64,000 nucleotides of DNA from Bacteroidota bacterium (GCA_013285655.1 JABDHI010000004.1:7772-71771), one strand, 5' to 3'; numbered from the stretch's first letter, positions 37,717 through 48,152 are shown. Notes: generated by a model not told the origin, from the letters alone. A program made the numbers and translations.

Positions 37717-38124
37717 ATGAAAAAAATAATCATATCGGGCATAGCGGCTGGTATCATACTATTGATCCTAAGTGTTTTGGGATTATATATTACCATCTGG
37801 TTCTTCCCATCTATTGCTGCGCAGTATTTCGATCCTGCTTTTTCAATGCAATCGAGCAGAATAATGATGTACCTCGTGCATCCTTTCATCATCAGTATGG
37901 CCTTGGCCTGGTTCTGGAGTCGGGTAAAAACAGTGCTGAAAGGTTCCTTTCTTACTAAAGGTATCGAGTTTGGGCTTATTTACACTGTTATTGCCATCTT
38001 CCCGATGATGTGGCTTATTTACAGCGCTGTAAATGTATCTGTAGAAATGCTTGCCACCTGGTTTGTGCTTGGTTTATTCCAGGGCATAATATCAGGGCTC
38101 ATCTTCGAAAAAACTAATCCATAA
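37717..38124 (+). CDS. small integral membrane protein, unknown function
   Basis: 135 aa with about 4 hydrophobic helices. Confidence 0.6.
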   Translation: MKKIIISGIAAGIILLILSVLGLYITIWFFPSIAAQYFDPAFSMQSSRIMMYLVHPFIISMALAWFWSRVKTVLKGSFLTKGIEFGLIYTVIAIFPMMWLIYSAVNVSVEMLATWFVLGLFQGIISGLIFEKTNP

Positions 38125-38130
38125 CCCCCA

Positions 38131-38730
38131 ATGTCAACGAATATGAAAAAACTCAAAATACTTTTAGTAATGGCCATACCGCTTATATGCGCATGGACGG
38201 CTGCCGATGATACCTATATGCTTTCTTCAGGTTATGCTGTTAGTATTCATGGTACTTCTAACCTTCACGATTGGAATGAGACAGTAGGTACCGTTTCGGG
38301 TGCAGGTACGGTAAGCCAAAACAGTGATGGTAGTTTTAACCTCGATGCTATAAACATAACTATGGAAGTACATTCTATAAAAAGCACCGAAGGTTCTGCC
38401 ATGAACAACAATACCTACAAAGCGCTGAAAGCTGATGCCGACCCTGAAATAACGATAAAGCTAGTTGGGCCAATAAGATCAATTAAGGCAAAGGCTGGCG
38501 AAACAACGGTTCCGGCAAAAGCTAACCTTACTATAGCAGGTGTAACCAAGTCGATTGATATGCAGGTGAAAGTATCAATGCCCGGACAAGGTAAACTGCT
38601 TTTTGAAGGGGCGCAAAGCATAAAGATGACCGATTATGGCATCAACCCGCCAACGGCCTTGTTTGGTACCTTAAAAACAGGCAACGAAATCACAATCAGT
38701 TTTAAAACAACATTCTCTCAAAAAAGCTAA
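38131..38730 (+). CDS. YceI-like (polyisoprenoid-binding) periplasmic protein
   Basis: Signal peptide. 'SIHGTSNLHDWNETV' resembles the YceI-family signature. The start could instead be M5 (38143). Confidence 0.6.
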   Translation: MSTNMKKLKILLVMAIPLICAWTAADDTYMLSSGYAVSIHGTSNLHDWNETVGTVSGAGTVSQNSDGSFNLDAINITMEVHSIKSTEGSAMNNNTYKALKADADPEITIKLVGPIRSIKAKAGETTVPAKANLTIAGVTKSIDMQVKVSMPGQGKLLFEGAQSIKMTDYGINPPTALFGTLKTGNEITISFKTTFSQKS

Positions 38731-38768
38731 TTAACTAACACAACAGTAAAAAAAGATAAAGACCGATC

Positions 38769-40136
38769 ATGAAAAAGACAATTAAACAATTAAAATACTT
38801 AGCCATAGCAGGCATGGTATCTGCAAGTTATTATGCAACTGCACAAGAACAAGAGATGCAATACTTCAGGCCGAATGATGAAAAAGGCCTACGTGTTTTT
38901 GAAACAACCAAGAACGACTCAACACCATTTACCAAAATGAAAGTGCATGTGGGTGGTAATTTCGAACTCGATTTTCAGGGTTTGAGAGACCAGAACACAG
39001 CTGTGGCATTAACAAAGCCTGGCTTTGTAGGTAATGTTAACAGCCTTATACCGCTTACCAATGCCTTTGATCTGCCTATGGCCAATATGAATATTGATGC
39101 TCAGTTATCTGATGGCATACGTATGAACCTGACCGTATATTTAGCTGCAAGGCATCATGAAGATACCTGGGTAAAGGGCGGATATATTCAATTTGACAAG
39201 CTTCTTTTTCTGCATAGCGATGTGATAAACAATATCATGAACAGTGTTACCATTAAAGTAGGCCAGTTCGACCTTGATTACGGCGATCAGCATTACCAAC
39301 GATCGGATGGAGGTAATACCATTTACAACCCGTTTATGGATAATTATATTATGGACGAATTTGCTACAGAACTTGGCGGAGAAGTTTATTACCATAACCC
39401 ATGCGGATTCTTTTTAATGGGCGGAATTACAAATGGTGAACTTGACCCAACCGTTATTGCTGCAACTAAAATTGATTCGGCAACCCATCAACCCAATAAC
39501 TACGATGCTGCGTTTCATGGTAAAATTGGTTACGATAAACAAGTGAGCACCGATTTCAGGATCAGGATCACCGGTTCGTTCTATACCGACAAAAGTGCAA
39601 ACAGCATTACCCTTTTTGGTGGTGACCGCACAGGCTCACACTATTTTGATGTAATGTCGAACCAGGCAACTGCTAACGGCACAACATTGAATGATGCTAA
39701 TGATTACAATCCTTTCTCAGGAAGGTATAACCCCGGCTTTAGCGAACAGGTGAATGCCTATATGGGTAATTTGTTTTTGAAATATAAAGGCCTCGAGTTT
39801 TTTGGTACAGCCGAAACTGTGGCCGGCAGAACCATTACAGAAAAGAACATGCGTGAGGCCAATCAATTATCAGGCGATTTGCTTTACAGGTTCCCTGCTC
39901 ATAAGGAAAACTTCTGGGTTGGTATTCGTTATAACACCGTTACCGCAGCTATGCAAGGTGGCGGCGCTGATATAACCATTAACCGCGAAGCAGCTTCTAT
40001 TGGTTGGTTCTTAACCAAGAACATAATGATGAAAGCTGAATATGTAAACCAGATTTACTTGAACTATGTAAACACCAATATTCTTAATGGTGGAAGGTTC
40101 GATGGCTATATGCTTGAAGCTTCTATCGGGTTTTAA
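38769..40136 (+). CDS. putative outer-membrane porin-like beta-barrel protein
   Basis: Signal peptide '...SASYYATAQ', alternating beta-strand-like composition, and a C-terminal '...YMLEASIGF' aromatic terminus typical of OM barrels. Confidence 0.55.
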   Translation: MKKTIKQLKYLAIAGMVSASYYATAQEQEMQYFRPNDEKGLRVFETTKNDSTPFTKMKVHVGGNFELDFQGLRDQNTAVALTKPGFVGNVNSLIPLTNAFDLPMANMNIDAQLSDGIRMNLTVYLAARHHEDTWVKGGYIQFDKLLFLHSDVINNIMNSVTIKVGQFDLDYGDQHYQRSDGGNTIYNPFMDNYIMDEFATELGGEVYYHNPCGFFLMGGITNGELDPTVIAATKIDSATHQPNNYDAAFHGKIGYDKQVSTDFRIRITGSFYTDKSANSITLFGGDRTGSHYFDVMSNQATANGTTLNDANDYNPFSGRYNPGFSEQVNAYMGNLFLKYKGLEFFGTAETVAGRTITEKNMREANQLSGDLLYRFPAHKENFWVGIRYNTVTAAMQGGGADITINREAASIGWFLTKNIMMKAEYVNQIYLNYVNTNILNGGRFDGYMLEASIGF

Positions 40137-40164
40137 TTCGATTTTTAATTACAGTTCCTTAAAT

Positions 40165-40196
40165 AAAAACGCCCCGTATTTCTACGGGGCGTTTTT
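40165..40196. terminator. bidirectional rho-independent terminator
   Basis: 'aaaaacgccccgta tttc tacggggcgttttt'. A 10-bp GC-rich stem with a 4-nt loop, an A-run on one side and a T-run on the other. Lies between convergent genes. Confidence 0.85.
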
Positions 40197-40221
40197 AGAT
40201 TAACAGACTGAAACTATTTGC

Positions 40222-40857
40222 TTAGTGACCACCGAAGCAAAGAGCCAGGCTGAATATAAGCTCGTTAGGCGATTTAAAGGTGGTGGTTGTGCTGTTGTCA
40301 GAATTATTGGTTAAGCCCTGGTAGGCCAGGCCTAAGTTAATTATACCCAATTCAACGTTAGCACCGGCGCGCCATCCTAAGCCAGAAGGATTAACCTTTA
40401 TGGTGTTATCTTCGCTGAATTGTGTAGTATAAATCCAGTTGTAAACAGGGCCGGCTTCAATACGTAATGGGCCAAGTATACGGAATCCGAAAAGCAGTGG
40501 CACTTCAATATTGCCATAGTCGAATTTTTGCTTGTTAACGGTACCATCGCTATTATAATAAGTAGCGGTTCCGCCCTGGTAACTGATCAATTCCATAGGC
40601 TTAATAAAGAAAGGGCCTAAATTGATTCGTTCGAATAAACCGCCTTCAAAACCCATAATGCCGGTTCCTTTAACGGTGTTTACAAACGAATGGCCGATGT
40701 TTTCGAAATCTACAGAAGCGGTTGATGCGCCTGCTGTTATACCAATAGTACATGTTTGCGCTTTTTGTTCTTTAGGGATAAGAAGAACAAACGACATAAT
40801 TAGCGGGAGGAATGCCCCCGCAAATAATGATCTTGATATTTTTTTGTTGGTTTTCAT
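40222..40857 (-). CDS. outer membrane beta-barrel (porin-family/OmpW-like) protein
   Basis: Signal peptide, Gly/aromatic-rich alternating strands, 211 aa. Confidence 0.65.
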   Translation of the reverse strand: MKTNKKISRSLFAGAFLPLIMSFVLLIPKEQKAQTCTIGITAGASTASVDFENIGHSFVNTVKGTGIMGFEGGLFERINLGPFFIKPMELISYQGGTATYYNSDGTVNKQKFDYGNIEVPLLFGFRILGPLRIEAGPVYNWIYTTQFSEDNTIKVNPSGLGWRAGANVELGIINLGLAYQGLTNNSDNSTTTTFKSPNELIFSLALCFGGH

Positions 40858-41073
40858 AATGAACTGTTTTTAGTATTATTTATATAACTGTTAATTAGCG
40901 TATATATTCTGTTAGCACTTGTATTAAACGTATGCAAGGTACGCCTGATAACAGGCTTGGGCTTCGGAATTTCTATAAACCTGTAAGAAGAATGTTTTAA
41001 TAGGCTGTATACATCGGTAAACAAAGGCCCGTTTACAATGAGATTTTGATGGTATAAGGGCATTAATGGACTG

Positions 41074-42357
41074 TTACTCCAAATTCTCTTCCCCTAATTC
41101 AATGGTTTCTTTTACCAGTGTATCGTTCAAATTTGGTTTGGCCGAAGGTTGTAACAGAAACTTTGCAAAACATGCCGTTATTATCAGGCAAATAATGCCC
41201 TGGCATAAAACAGTTGTAGGCGCACCAATGTGTTGAGATACGGCACCCACAACCAAGCCGCCAAGGGGAGTCATACCAAATACAGCCATTAGCAAAATGC
41301 CTATCATGCGTCCACGCATTTTAGGATCTGATTCTGATTGAATGATAATATTACAAACCGCAAACGTAGCCATTGAACCAAAGCCTGCTATTACTGCAAA
41401 GAACATAGATAGCGGAAAGTATTTTGCCTGCGAAAAACAAATGAGGCCTGCGCCAAGTAAAATAGAACTTATAAGCATGACTAGCTTTAATGGCGACCCC
41501 GGTTTTCGTGAAGCCAGGTAAATGGTACATATTACTCCCCCTGTGCCTATAAAGCTATTAATGTAACCATAGGTAGATGAATCACCTTTAAATATAACAT
41601 CGGCAAATACGGGCAATACGGTGTTAAAAGGAGATACAAGCAAACTTATAACGGCCAGCATAAGCATCATCATCAATAGCTTGGGTGTGTTGGCCAGGTA
41701 GTTGAAGCCCTCTGCAAATTCAGCCAACACGTTTTTATCTTTTTTATGCGGTGGCTTGTTCGGTAGCTTCATTAATATTACCGAGATAGACACACCTGCA
41801 AAGCTTGCAGCGTTAAGCAAAAAACACACCGGTGCACCAAAAGCATGTAATACCAAACCGGCAGCAGCTGGCCCGAGTAACATGGCAAGGCTGGCTGTAG
41901 AAGTTGTTAGCGATACTGCGTTAGGCAGATCAGATTGGTCGGCAACAACATCATGCACAAAAGCCTGGCGGGCCGAAACATCGAACGCATTAATAATACC
42001 AAGGATTACACTCAGCACCAATATGGCCCAAATAATTACATGCCCCGTTAATATTAAAGCAGCCAGTAACACCGCCTGTATCATAGATAGTATTTGGGTA
42101 ACCTTAATGATCTTATAGCGGTTATATCTATCTGCCATTACGCCACCCGGTATTGAGAACAGAGCCGATGGCAGTACTTCGGCACACATGGTAACCCCCG
42201 TTAAAAATGAAGAATGTGTTATAGAATACACTACCCAAATTACAGCCGTGCGTTGCATCCAGGTACCGAACTGCGATATGGCCCGTCCGAAAAAATAATA
42301 GGTATAATTCCTGCTTCTAAATGCCCTGAATAATTCTATCTCGCTAATGCTTTTCAT
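41074..42357 (-). CDS. MFS transporter
   Basis: 427 aa, about 12 TM helices. N-terminal 'FRSRNYTYYFFGRAISQFGTWMQ' and 'ADRYNRYKI' are typical of the MFS_3/EntS-like group. Confidence 0.85.
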   Translation of the reverse strand: MKSISEIELFRAFRSRNYTYYFFGRAISQFGTWMQRTAVIWVVYSITHSSFLTGVTMCAEVLPSALFSIPGGVMADRYNRYKIIKVTQILSMIQAVLLAALILTGHVIIWAILVLSVILGIINAFDVSARQAFVHDVVADQSDLPNAVSLTTSTASLAMLLGPAAAGLVLHAFGAPVCFLLNAASFAGVSISVILMKLPNKPPHKKDKNVLAEFAEGFNYLANTPKLLMMMLMLAVISLLVSPFNTVLPVFADVIFKGDSSTYGYINSFIGTGGVICTIYLASRKPGSPLKLVMLISSILLGAGLICFSQAKYFPLSMFFAVIAGFGSMATFAVCNIIIQSESDPKMRGRMIGILLMAVFGMTPLGGLVVGAVSQHIGAPTTVLCQGIICLIITACFAKFLLQPSAKPNLNDTLVKETIELGEENLE

Positions 42358-42486
42358 AATTACAGATACCCTGATTTATTTGCCTGCAAGCCTCTTGAGC
42401 AGGGTATATGCAAAGATATTCAGAAAACAGTGTTGTCTTAACGATGTGAAAAACTAAATCGCCTGCTGCTTAATTATGCTTGATAG

Positions 42487-43107
42487 TTAGGGCCTTTTAA
42501 GAATTTTAAAAGCAATTCCTCTTCCTTGTTTTTGCATAATGGCAAGGTTTATCCAACACATAGCCATTTGCTCAATCAAACTAAATTTATCGTTGCCTCC
42601 AAAATGATACACATTCTCAAAGCCAATTTCCTTAGCTAATTTTGTTGCTGCCTCAACACCTTTTTGGCTGTTGCCCGCAGTAAACATATCAATACCGTTA
42701 CCATTGTAAGTTGGGTTTAACATGTTCTCAAACCCTGTTGTATTAAAGCATTTAACCACATCGGTAGTGTTGCAATTTGCAAGTATAGCGTCAGCGGTGT
42801 TATTAAACCCTTCAGGCTTAACAAAAACCGCATTCATAGTGTCAATAATAATTTTGTTTGAAACATCTCCCAGGCCTTTAGCTATATCAGATGCAAACTG
42901 GGGTGGTGCCGAAATAATTATAAGCTCTGCCTTCGCAACTGCTTCTTTTATAGTATGTACTGAAACATTCTTTAACAGAGAAAGTGTTTCTTTCCCTTTA
43001 AAGTCATTTACATTTCTTACACCTAAAAATACAGTGTGCCCTTTGTCAGAAAATCGTTGCGCCAAAGCTCCTCCAACATTACCGGTTCCTATTATTGCTA
43101 TGTTCAT
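42487..43107 (-). CDS. NAD(P)-binding oxidoreductase (NADPH-dependent F420 reductase / P5C-reductase-like fold)
   Basis: 'MNIAIIGTGNVGGALA' Rossmann N-terminus. ATG at 43107 preferred over the tracked 43161. Confidence 0.65.
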   Translation of the reverse strand: MNIAIIGTGNVGGALAQRFSDKGHTVFLGVRNVNDFKGKETLSLLKNVSVHTIKEAVAKAELIIISAPPQFASDIAKGLGDVSNKIIIDTMNAVFVKPEGFNNTADAILANCNTTDVVKCFNTTGFENMLNPTYNGNGIDMFTAGNSQKGVEAATKLAKEIGFENVYHFGGNDKFSLIEQMAMCWINLAIMQKQGRGIAFKILKRP

Positions 43108-43195
43108 TTTATTAATGTTTTTGTAAAAGTAAGAATAAACGGATGTTCTTGCAACCAACAAAGTTCTGCCGGAATATGTTTAATTTCGCTTTTAT

Positions 43196-43777
43196 ATGTT
43201 CCCCGAATTCGCAACATACATCAAAGCGCAGGCAAATTTGTCTGACCACGATATTGAGCTGATACACTCAAAGGCAATTGAAAAAAAACTGCGTCGCAAA
43301 GAATTTTTATTGCACCAAGGCGAAGTGTGCCGTTATAAAATATTTATAAGCAAAGGCCTTATACGTACCTATGCAACACGTGAACAAGGCAGCGAACATA
43401 TCTTGCGTTTTTCTGCTGAAAACAGTTGGACCACCGACCCTGAGAGTTTTGAGTTTGATACTCCATCTTCACTTAATATTGATGCTATTGAGCACAGTGA
43501 ACTGGTATTGTGGACAAAGGATGATCTCCGTTATCTTATAACCAATATCCCCGGTTTGAAAACATATTTCGATAAGCTGATGACAAGCAGCGGTTCTTTA
43601 TTCAGGCAACGTATACTCAGCAATATAAGTTCTACTGCTGAAGAAAAGTATGAAGATTTTGTAAAGAACTATCCCGAAATATCTGCACGTGCACCTTTGC
43701 ACATGGTGGCATCATACCTTGGGGTAACCCGCAAAACACTTACCCGCATAAGGCACGCCCAGGTAAAAGGCAAGTAG
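43196..43777 (+). CDS. Crp/Fnr family transcriptional regulator
   Basis: 193 aa. An N-terminal cNMP-binding-like beta-roll ('LLHQGEVCRYKIFISKGLIRTY') and a C-terminal HTH ('MVASYLGVTRKTLTRIR'). Confidence 0.8.
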   Translation: MFPEFATYIKAQANLSDHDIELIHSKAIEKKLRRKEFLLHQGEVCRYKIFISKGLIRTYATREQGSEHILRFSAENSWTTDPESFEFDTPSSLNIDAIEHSELVLWTKDDLRYLITNIPGLKTYFDKLMTSSGSLFRQRILSNISSTAEEKYEDFVKNYPEISARAPLHMVASYLGVTRKTLTRIRHAQVKGK

Positions 43778-43869
43778 AAACGAGACAAATGTCCTCGCAT
43801 CCGGTTAGCATCTATATGCAATTTTGCAATGGAAAGATGTTGCATTAACTAATTTAAAAAATATAAACT

Positions 43870-44748
43870 ATGCGAGTATTTGTTACAGGAGCTTCGGGCT
43901 TCATAGGTTCAGCTACAGTAAAAGAACTAATTAAGGGAGGCCACCAGGTAGTGGGCTTGGCGCGTTCAGAAGAATCGGCTAAGTCGCTGGTTGCAGCCGG
44001 TGCCGAAGTGCACCGTGGTACGCTTGAAGATATTGCCAGTCTGAAGAGTGGCGCTGCAAAGGCAGATGCTGTGATTCACCTGGCCTTTTATCATGATTTT
44101 TCGAAATTTGCAGAAGCCGCTCAGTTAGATCGCCTGGCAATTGAGGCATTAGGCGAAGAACTTGCAGGTTCTGACCGCCCGCTTATTGTAACTGCAGGCA
44201 TTGGCCCGCGTAACGGCGGACAGATAGCTACAGAAGAAAACGACCCGATTCCGAATCCGCGCTTACCCCGTGCATCAGAAGAGACTGCGCTCACTTTATT
44301 ATCGAAAGGGGTGCGCGTATCAGTGGTTCGTCTTCCGCAAGTTCACAATACAGCCAAGCAAGGTTTGGTAACCGGACTCATCGGCATTGCAAAAGCAAAG
44401 GGCGTATCGGCATACGTTGAGGGTGGCCTTAACCGCTGGGCTGCAGCCAATGTACTTGATGTTGCTGTTTTATACCGGCTTGTTCTTGAAAAGGGAATAG
44501 CTGGCCGCAAGTATCACGCCGTGGGAGAAGAAGGAGTGTCGTTGAAAGACATTGCCACCGCTATTGGCGGAAGATTGAAGCTTCCGGTAGTATCGAAAAC
44601 GAAAGAGGAAGGGGCTATACACTTTGGTTGGCTGGTTGGGCCCGTTACTACCGATATGCCTGCATCTAATACTTTAACAAAGCAATGGTTGGGCTGGAAC
44701 CCAACTCACGAAGGGCTTATAGCTGATTTAAATAACGGTACTTTTTAA
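43870..44748 (+). CDS. NmrA/atypical-SDR family NAD(P)H-binding oxidoreductase
   Basis: 'MRVFVTGASGFIGSATVKELIKGGHQVVGLAR'. Confidence 0.75.
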   Translation: MRVFVTGASGFIGSATVKELIKGGHQVVGLARSEESAKSLVAAGAEVHRGTLEDIASLKSGAAKADAVIHLAFYHDFSKFAEAAQLDRLAIEALGEELAGSDRPLIVTAGIGPRNGGQIATEENDPIPNPRLPRASEETALTLLSKGVRVSVVRLPQVHNTAKQGLVTGLIGIAKAKGVSAYVEGGLNRWAAANVLDVAVLYRLVLEKGIAGRKYHAVGEEGVSLKDIATAIGGRLKLPVVSKTKEEGAIHFGWLVGPVTTDMPASNTLTKQWLGWNPTHEGLIADLNNGTF

Positions 44749-44757
44749 TTCTAAAGA

Positions 44758-44801
44758 AACGTCTTCGTCAGGCTATAATGCATTGGCGAAGACGTTTTTT
44801 T
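44758..44801. terminator. rho-independent terminator between convergent genes
   Basis: Stem 'aacgtcttcg' (44758-44767) pairs with 'cgaagacgtt' (44787-44796) and is followed by a T-run. Confidence 0.7.
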
Positions 44802-44806
44802 ATTGC

Positions 44807-45670
44807 TTACAAAATATCCAAATCTCTGGCCACGTAATAGCTTGGCACCAACGGCCTAAAGCCCGTTTTACTCCTGAGTTTCGAAATATTCATTATGCCT
44901 TCAAATGGTTTAGCCAACGGTTCTTCCTGGGCAGGGAAGGTATCTGCTGCTTTGCCAAATGAGTCAGCTAATTCAAAGAGACTTATGGGTGCATCATCGG
45001 CTACATTAAATATCTCTCCATTCAGTCCTTCGGTATGTAGCAATAACATTAAGCCCTGGGCAACATCCAGGTGGTGTACCATGTGCATTCTATACCCTGA
45101 ATGGCGTTTCCAGTTTTTAAGTACAGGTATTATTTCCTCTATATGTGGGTCTTTATCGCCATACACAAAACCTAAACGTAATACGCGTACATCAAAGCCT
45201 TTGGTTTTATGGAGAGCAATAAGTTCGTTCTCTGCCGCAATTTTGCTCGATGAATATGCGCGCGGGTCGTTAATATCAACTGCATCATCTTCCTTTGCAG
45301 GGCGCCCGTAGTCTGAGCCGTATACATTGCCGGTACTTGTAAATACAAATCGCTTTACACCCGCTGCCATGGCTGCATGGGCAAGTGCTACTGTTCCGGT
45401 ATGGTTTGTCTTTATAATACCTTCGTTATCGGTAAAGCTGCGGAAGAAAGCAGCAATGTGTATAACTGCATCCATACCTTTTACAGCCTCAGCCAAAGCA
45501 TCTGTGTTGCTTAAATCGCCAACAATTGCCGTTGCGCCACGTTCAGTTAGCGATGTTGCTTTTGCAGCATCCCGCACCAATATTCTAACCTCATAGCCCT
45601 TTGCTAATATGCGTGCAGCAAACCGGCTGCCTACTTTACCGGTTGCACCGGTAATTAATATTTTTTTCAT
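44807..45670 (-). CDS. NAD-dependent epimerase/dehydratase-family (SDR) oxidoreductase
   Basis: '[15 protein letters not shown]' and 'YSSSKIAAE'. ATG at 45670 preferred over the tracked 45694. Confidence 0.75.
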   Translation of the reverse strand: MKKILITGATGKVGSRFAARILAKGYEVRILVRDAAKATSLTERGATAIVGDLSNTDALAEAVKGMDAVIHIAAFFRSFTDNEGIIKTNHTGTVALAHAAMAAGVKRFVFTSTGNVYGSDYGRPAKEDDAVDINDPRAYSSSKIAAENELIALHKTKGFDVRVLRLGFVYGDKDPHIEEIIPVLKNWKRHSGYRMHMVHHLDVAQGLMLLLHTEGLNGEIFNVADDAPISLFELADSFGKAADTFPAQEEPLAKPFEGIMNISKLRSKTGFRPLVPSYYVARDLDIL

Positions 45671-45758
45671 AATGGGTTTTTGTTTTAAAATCATAATGCA
45701 AAACTCGGGTTTAACTACGGTTTCCCGTTAACGATAATCAAACCATAAAGTATGATTT

Positions 45759-46643
45759 TCAAACCTTCTCCTTTCTGAGGGAGTTGGGTGCAAAACCGGT
45801 TATTCGCTTAAAGTAATTGTTGAAATAGGTAGGGTATTCGAAACCTAAGCCGTAAGCGATATCTGCCACGCTCCAATCAGTATATAGTAAAAGCGCCTTC
45901 GCTTCAGCAGCAATGCGGTCGGTTATATGTACCGATGTGGGCTTGCCCGTAACTTCCTTTACTGCACGGTTAAGGTAGTTGACATGCACCGCCAGGCTTT
46001 TGGCAAAATCTTGTGCTGTTCTTAGTCTTAGTGGTGTTGCAATGCTATCTATCGGGAACTGCCTTTCTAATAGGTCCATAAACTGGCCGGTTATTCGGGT
46101 GGCGGCGTTTTTATGTAGAGGCCCCGTTTGCGGCGGCTGAATACGTAGTGCTTCGTGAATGATAATTTCAATGCAATTCTTTATTAACTCATTCTCGTAA
46201 TCGTAGTTGCCATTATGTATGGCCAGCATCTTTTGAAAAATACCGGTCATAAAAGCGGCTTGCTCTTTATTTAACTGAATTACAGGGGATGCTTCACTAT
46301 TAAACAGCGGCGAGCTTTTTAGTATCTCTGTCCTCTCTCTGCCTGCAACAAAAGCTTCGGTAAAAAGAAAGGCGTAGCCATTTCTCTTTTTAGATTGGCG
46401 CACCACCGTGTGGGGGATATTGGGATTGACAAAAAACAGAACGGTATCGCTTATCTCTAGTGTTTTATCGCCATAACGCAGGGTCATATCGCCGGTAACA
46501 AGCCCGATCTTATAAAAGTCGCGCCTGCCATGCGCAGCAGTAGAGTGGTTTATGGTCTTGGGTAATTCATGAATTTTAAAACCTTTCAGTTTTAGATCCT
46601 TCGTAATCGATTCCGGAATGCCAGATGAGTTTCTTGTTGCCAT
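45759..46643 (-). CDS. AraC family transcriptional regulator (paralogue of the 34185 gene)
   Basis: 'FMDLLERQFPID...FAKSLAVHVNYLNRAVKEVTGKPTS...IAYGLGFEYPTYFNNYFKR'. Closely parallels the 34185-35078 protein. Confidence 0.9.
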   Translation of the reverse strand: MATRNSSGIPESITKDLKLKGFKIHELPKTINHSTAAHGRRDFYKIGLVTGDMTLRYGDKTLEISDTVLFFVNPNIPHTVVRQSKKRNGYAFLFTEAFVAGRERTEILKSSPLFNSEASPVIQLNKEQAAFMTGIFQKMLAIHNGNYDYENELIKNCIEIIIHEALRIQPPQTGPLHKNAATRITGQFMDLLERQFPIDSIATPLRLRTAQDFAKSLAVHVNYLNRAVKEVTGKPTSVHITDRIAAEAKALLLYTDWSVADIAYGLGFEYPTYFNNYFKRITGFAPNSLRKEKV

Positions 46644-46705
46644 TTGGCAAAAGTATGAAAATCAAACCAAATGTGATGGTTGACTCAATCTCTTAATTAA
46701 ACTAG

Positions 46706-47302
46706 TTATAACCTGAATGTTAAACCAGCCTCCAAATTATAAGGAGTATCTGCACCAAATCCGCCTTCAAAATGCAAGCCAACAGGGCCAAGAAATATTC
46801 GTATACCTGTCAGTACTTCAATGCTTCCCCTGGTTGTATTAGTTGTGCCGGGGTAGGGTGGGTATGCAGGAATTGTTTCATCTTTTATGAAACGTGCGCC
46901 AGCCATAAAACCACAGTAAAACTGTATTGTTCTGGTTGATGCAATTGCACACAAAGCTCTTGCAGATAAATTGACGGCCGAAATATTATCATTGTAGGCA
47001 AACGCTATTCCGCCATCATTAGTTATGGTAGATTTTGAATACGCAACTCCAACCCCAAGTAATAAATTCTCATCAAACCCATATTCCAATACTCCATTAT
47101 AAGCAACAGACTTATATTCTCCGTATTGGTAAGGATTTATAAAGTTTTCGCCTAAGCCTAAACCTATAAAGTAATTTCCTTTAACGCTTAAATGTCTTTG
47201 GTTATAGATATTATTATTAGTAACCACCGTTGATGAGTCTTTCTGCGCAACGCCATGCAATGCTGAAATCAAAAGAACCAGGAAAATAAAATATCGTTTC
47301 AT
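46706..47302 (-). CDS. small outer membrane beta-barrel protein
   Basis: Signal peptide 'MKRYFIFLVLLISALHGVAQ'. Gly/Tyr-rich strands ending in '...EAGLTFRL'. Confidence 0.6.
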   Translation of the reverse strand: MKRYFIFLVLLISALHGVAQKDSSTVVTNNNIYNQRHLSVKGNYFIGLGLGENFINPYQYGEYKSVAYNGVLEYGFDENLLLGVGVAYSKSTITNDGGIAFAYNDNISAVNLSARALCAIASTRTIQFYCGFMAGARFIKDETIPAYPPYPGTTNTTRGSIEVLTGIRIFLGPVGLHFEGGFGADTPYNLEAGLTFRL

Positions 47303-47370
47303 ATGAATGGTGTGTTATTGTAAAATACAAATATATTGAAACGCGTTATAAATGAACCTCTTAAGGCGTT

Positions 47371-47763
47371 TTATGCTTTCCTAAGCCTTCCCCACACAAT
47401 AACGGCAGCAATAACTGCAAACATAATATTCACGCCTATTACAGATGCTTCTCCACGAGATATGTGAAAGATACTTGCACATACCATTAGCATTATAATA
47501 CCAATGGCAGCAAGCGCAGTTAGTTTGGGCTTGCCAAGTAGTTGTGGTATAACCAACCCTAACGCAGCTATTAAATCTAATATACCCGTAGCTTTTACCA
47601 GCATAACCGGAACCTGAGCCACCCATGGCCACATGGCTGAAAGCTTTTCGATAGGTTGAAATAGTTTAAGCATACTCGCCCAAACTAAACTGGCGGCCAA
47701 GACTAATTGTGCTATCCAAAGCGCTATGTTGAGCACGTTTGATTGTGATTTTGGTTCTGTCAT
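47371..47763 (-). CDS. DoxX family membrane protein
   Basis: About 4 TM helices. 'AASLVWASMLKLFQP' and 'ILDLIAALGLVIP' are DoxX-like. ATG at 47763 preferred over the tracked TTG at 47796. Confidence 0.7.
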   Translation of the reverse strand: MTEPKSQSNVLNIALWIAQLVLAASLVWASMLKLFQPIEKLSAMWPWVAQVPVMLVKATGILDLIAALGLVIPQLLGKPKLTALAAIGIIMLMVCASIFHISRGEASVIGVNIMFAVIAAVIVWGRLRKA

Positions 47764-48037
47764 ATGGTGAATGTTTGTGCTAACAAAAATATCCAAATTA
47801 GGTTCATGAGAGTGCAGCTATACTTTATAGTTGCATTCTTAAAACGCCCCGAAGTTACGCCGCAGAAAATTCTGGATAAATAGCTAAGCTGTTTTGCTAA
47901 AATGGGTATGAATATGTTGTGGATACTGGTATTTGGGCGTTTTTTTGAGTACTGGCGACTAGGTATTTATACCTAGTGCAAATTACGTATTTATACTGAT
48001 GTTTTTCTTATTCAGGCACTTTACATTTGTATTATAA

Positions 48038-48115
48038 TTCACCCCACCCCCCGTATATCGCTTTACGTATTCCCCTCTCTTCCTGTAGGGAGAGGGGAAA
48101 CGGGGTGAATTTTTT
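48038..48115 (+). repeat. nested GC-rich hairpin followed by a T6 run (orphan terminator-like / REP-like element)
   Basis: Outer arms 'ttcacccc' (48038-48045) and 'ggggtgaa' (48102-48109). Inner 10-bp stem 48070-48079 / 48090-48099 ('attcccctctc...gagaggggaa'). Then 'tttttt'. No plus-strand gene ends here. Confidence 0.5.
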
Positions 48116-48144
48116 ACTCCTTTCAGCCTTAATCTAAATCTCCT

Positions 48145-48152
48145 TATTTTTG
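48145..48152 (+). promoter_or_regulatory. candidate -7 promoter box (TATTTTTG)
   Basis: Exact TAnnTTTG match 12 nt upstream of the ATG at 48165. Confidence 0.35.

Noticed and set aside
41702-45596. Antisense ORFs 41702-42118, 42722-43126, 43036-43245, 44895-45311 and 45327-45596
   Set aside because: Each lies opposite a well-supported gene (MFS transporter, F420-reductase-like protein, SDR) and has Ala/Ser/Pro-rich shadow-ORF composition.
47381-47632. 83-aa minus-strand ORF inside the DoxX gene
   Set aside because: It is an alternative frame of the DoxX gene. It is Cys/Tyr-rich nonsense with no support.
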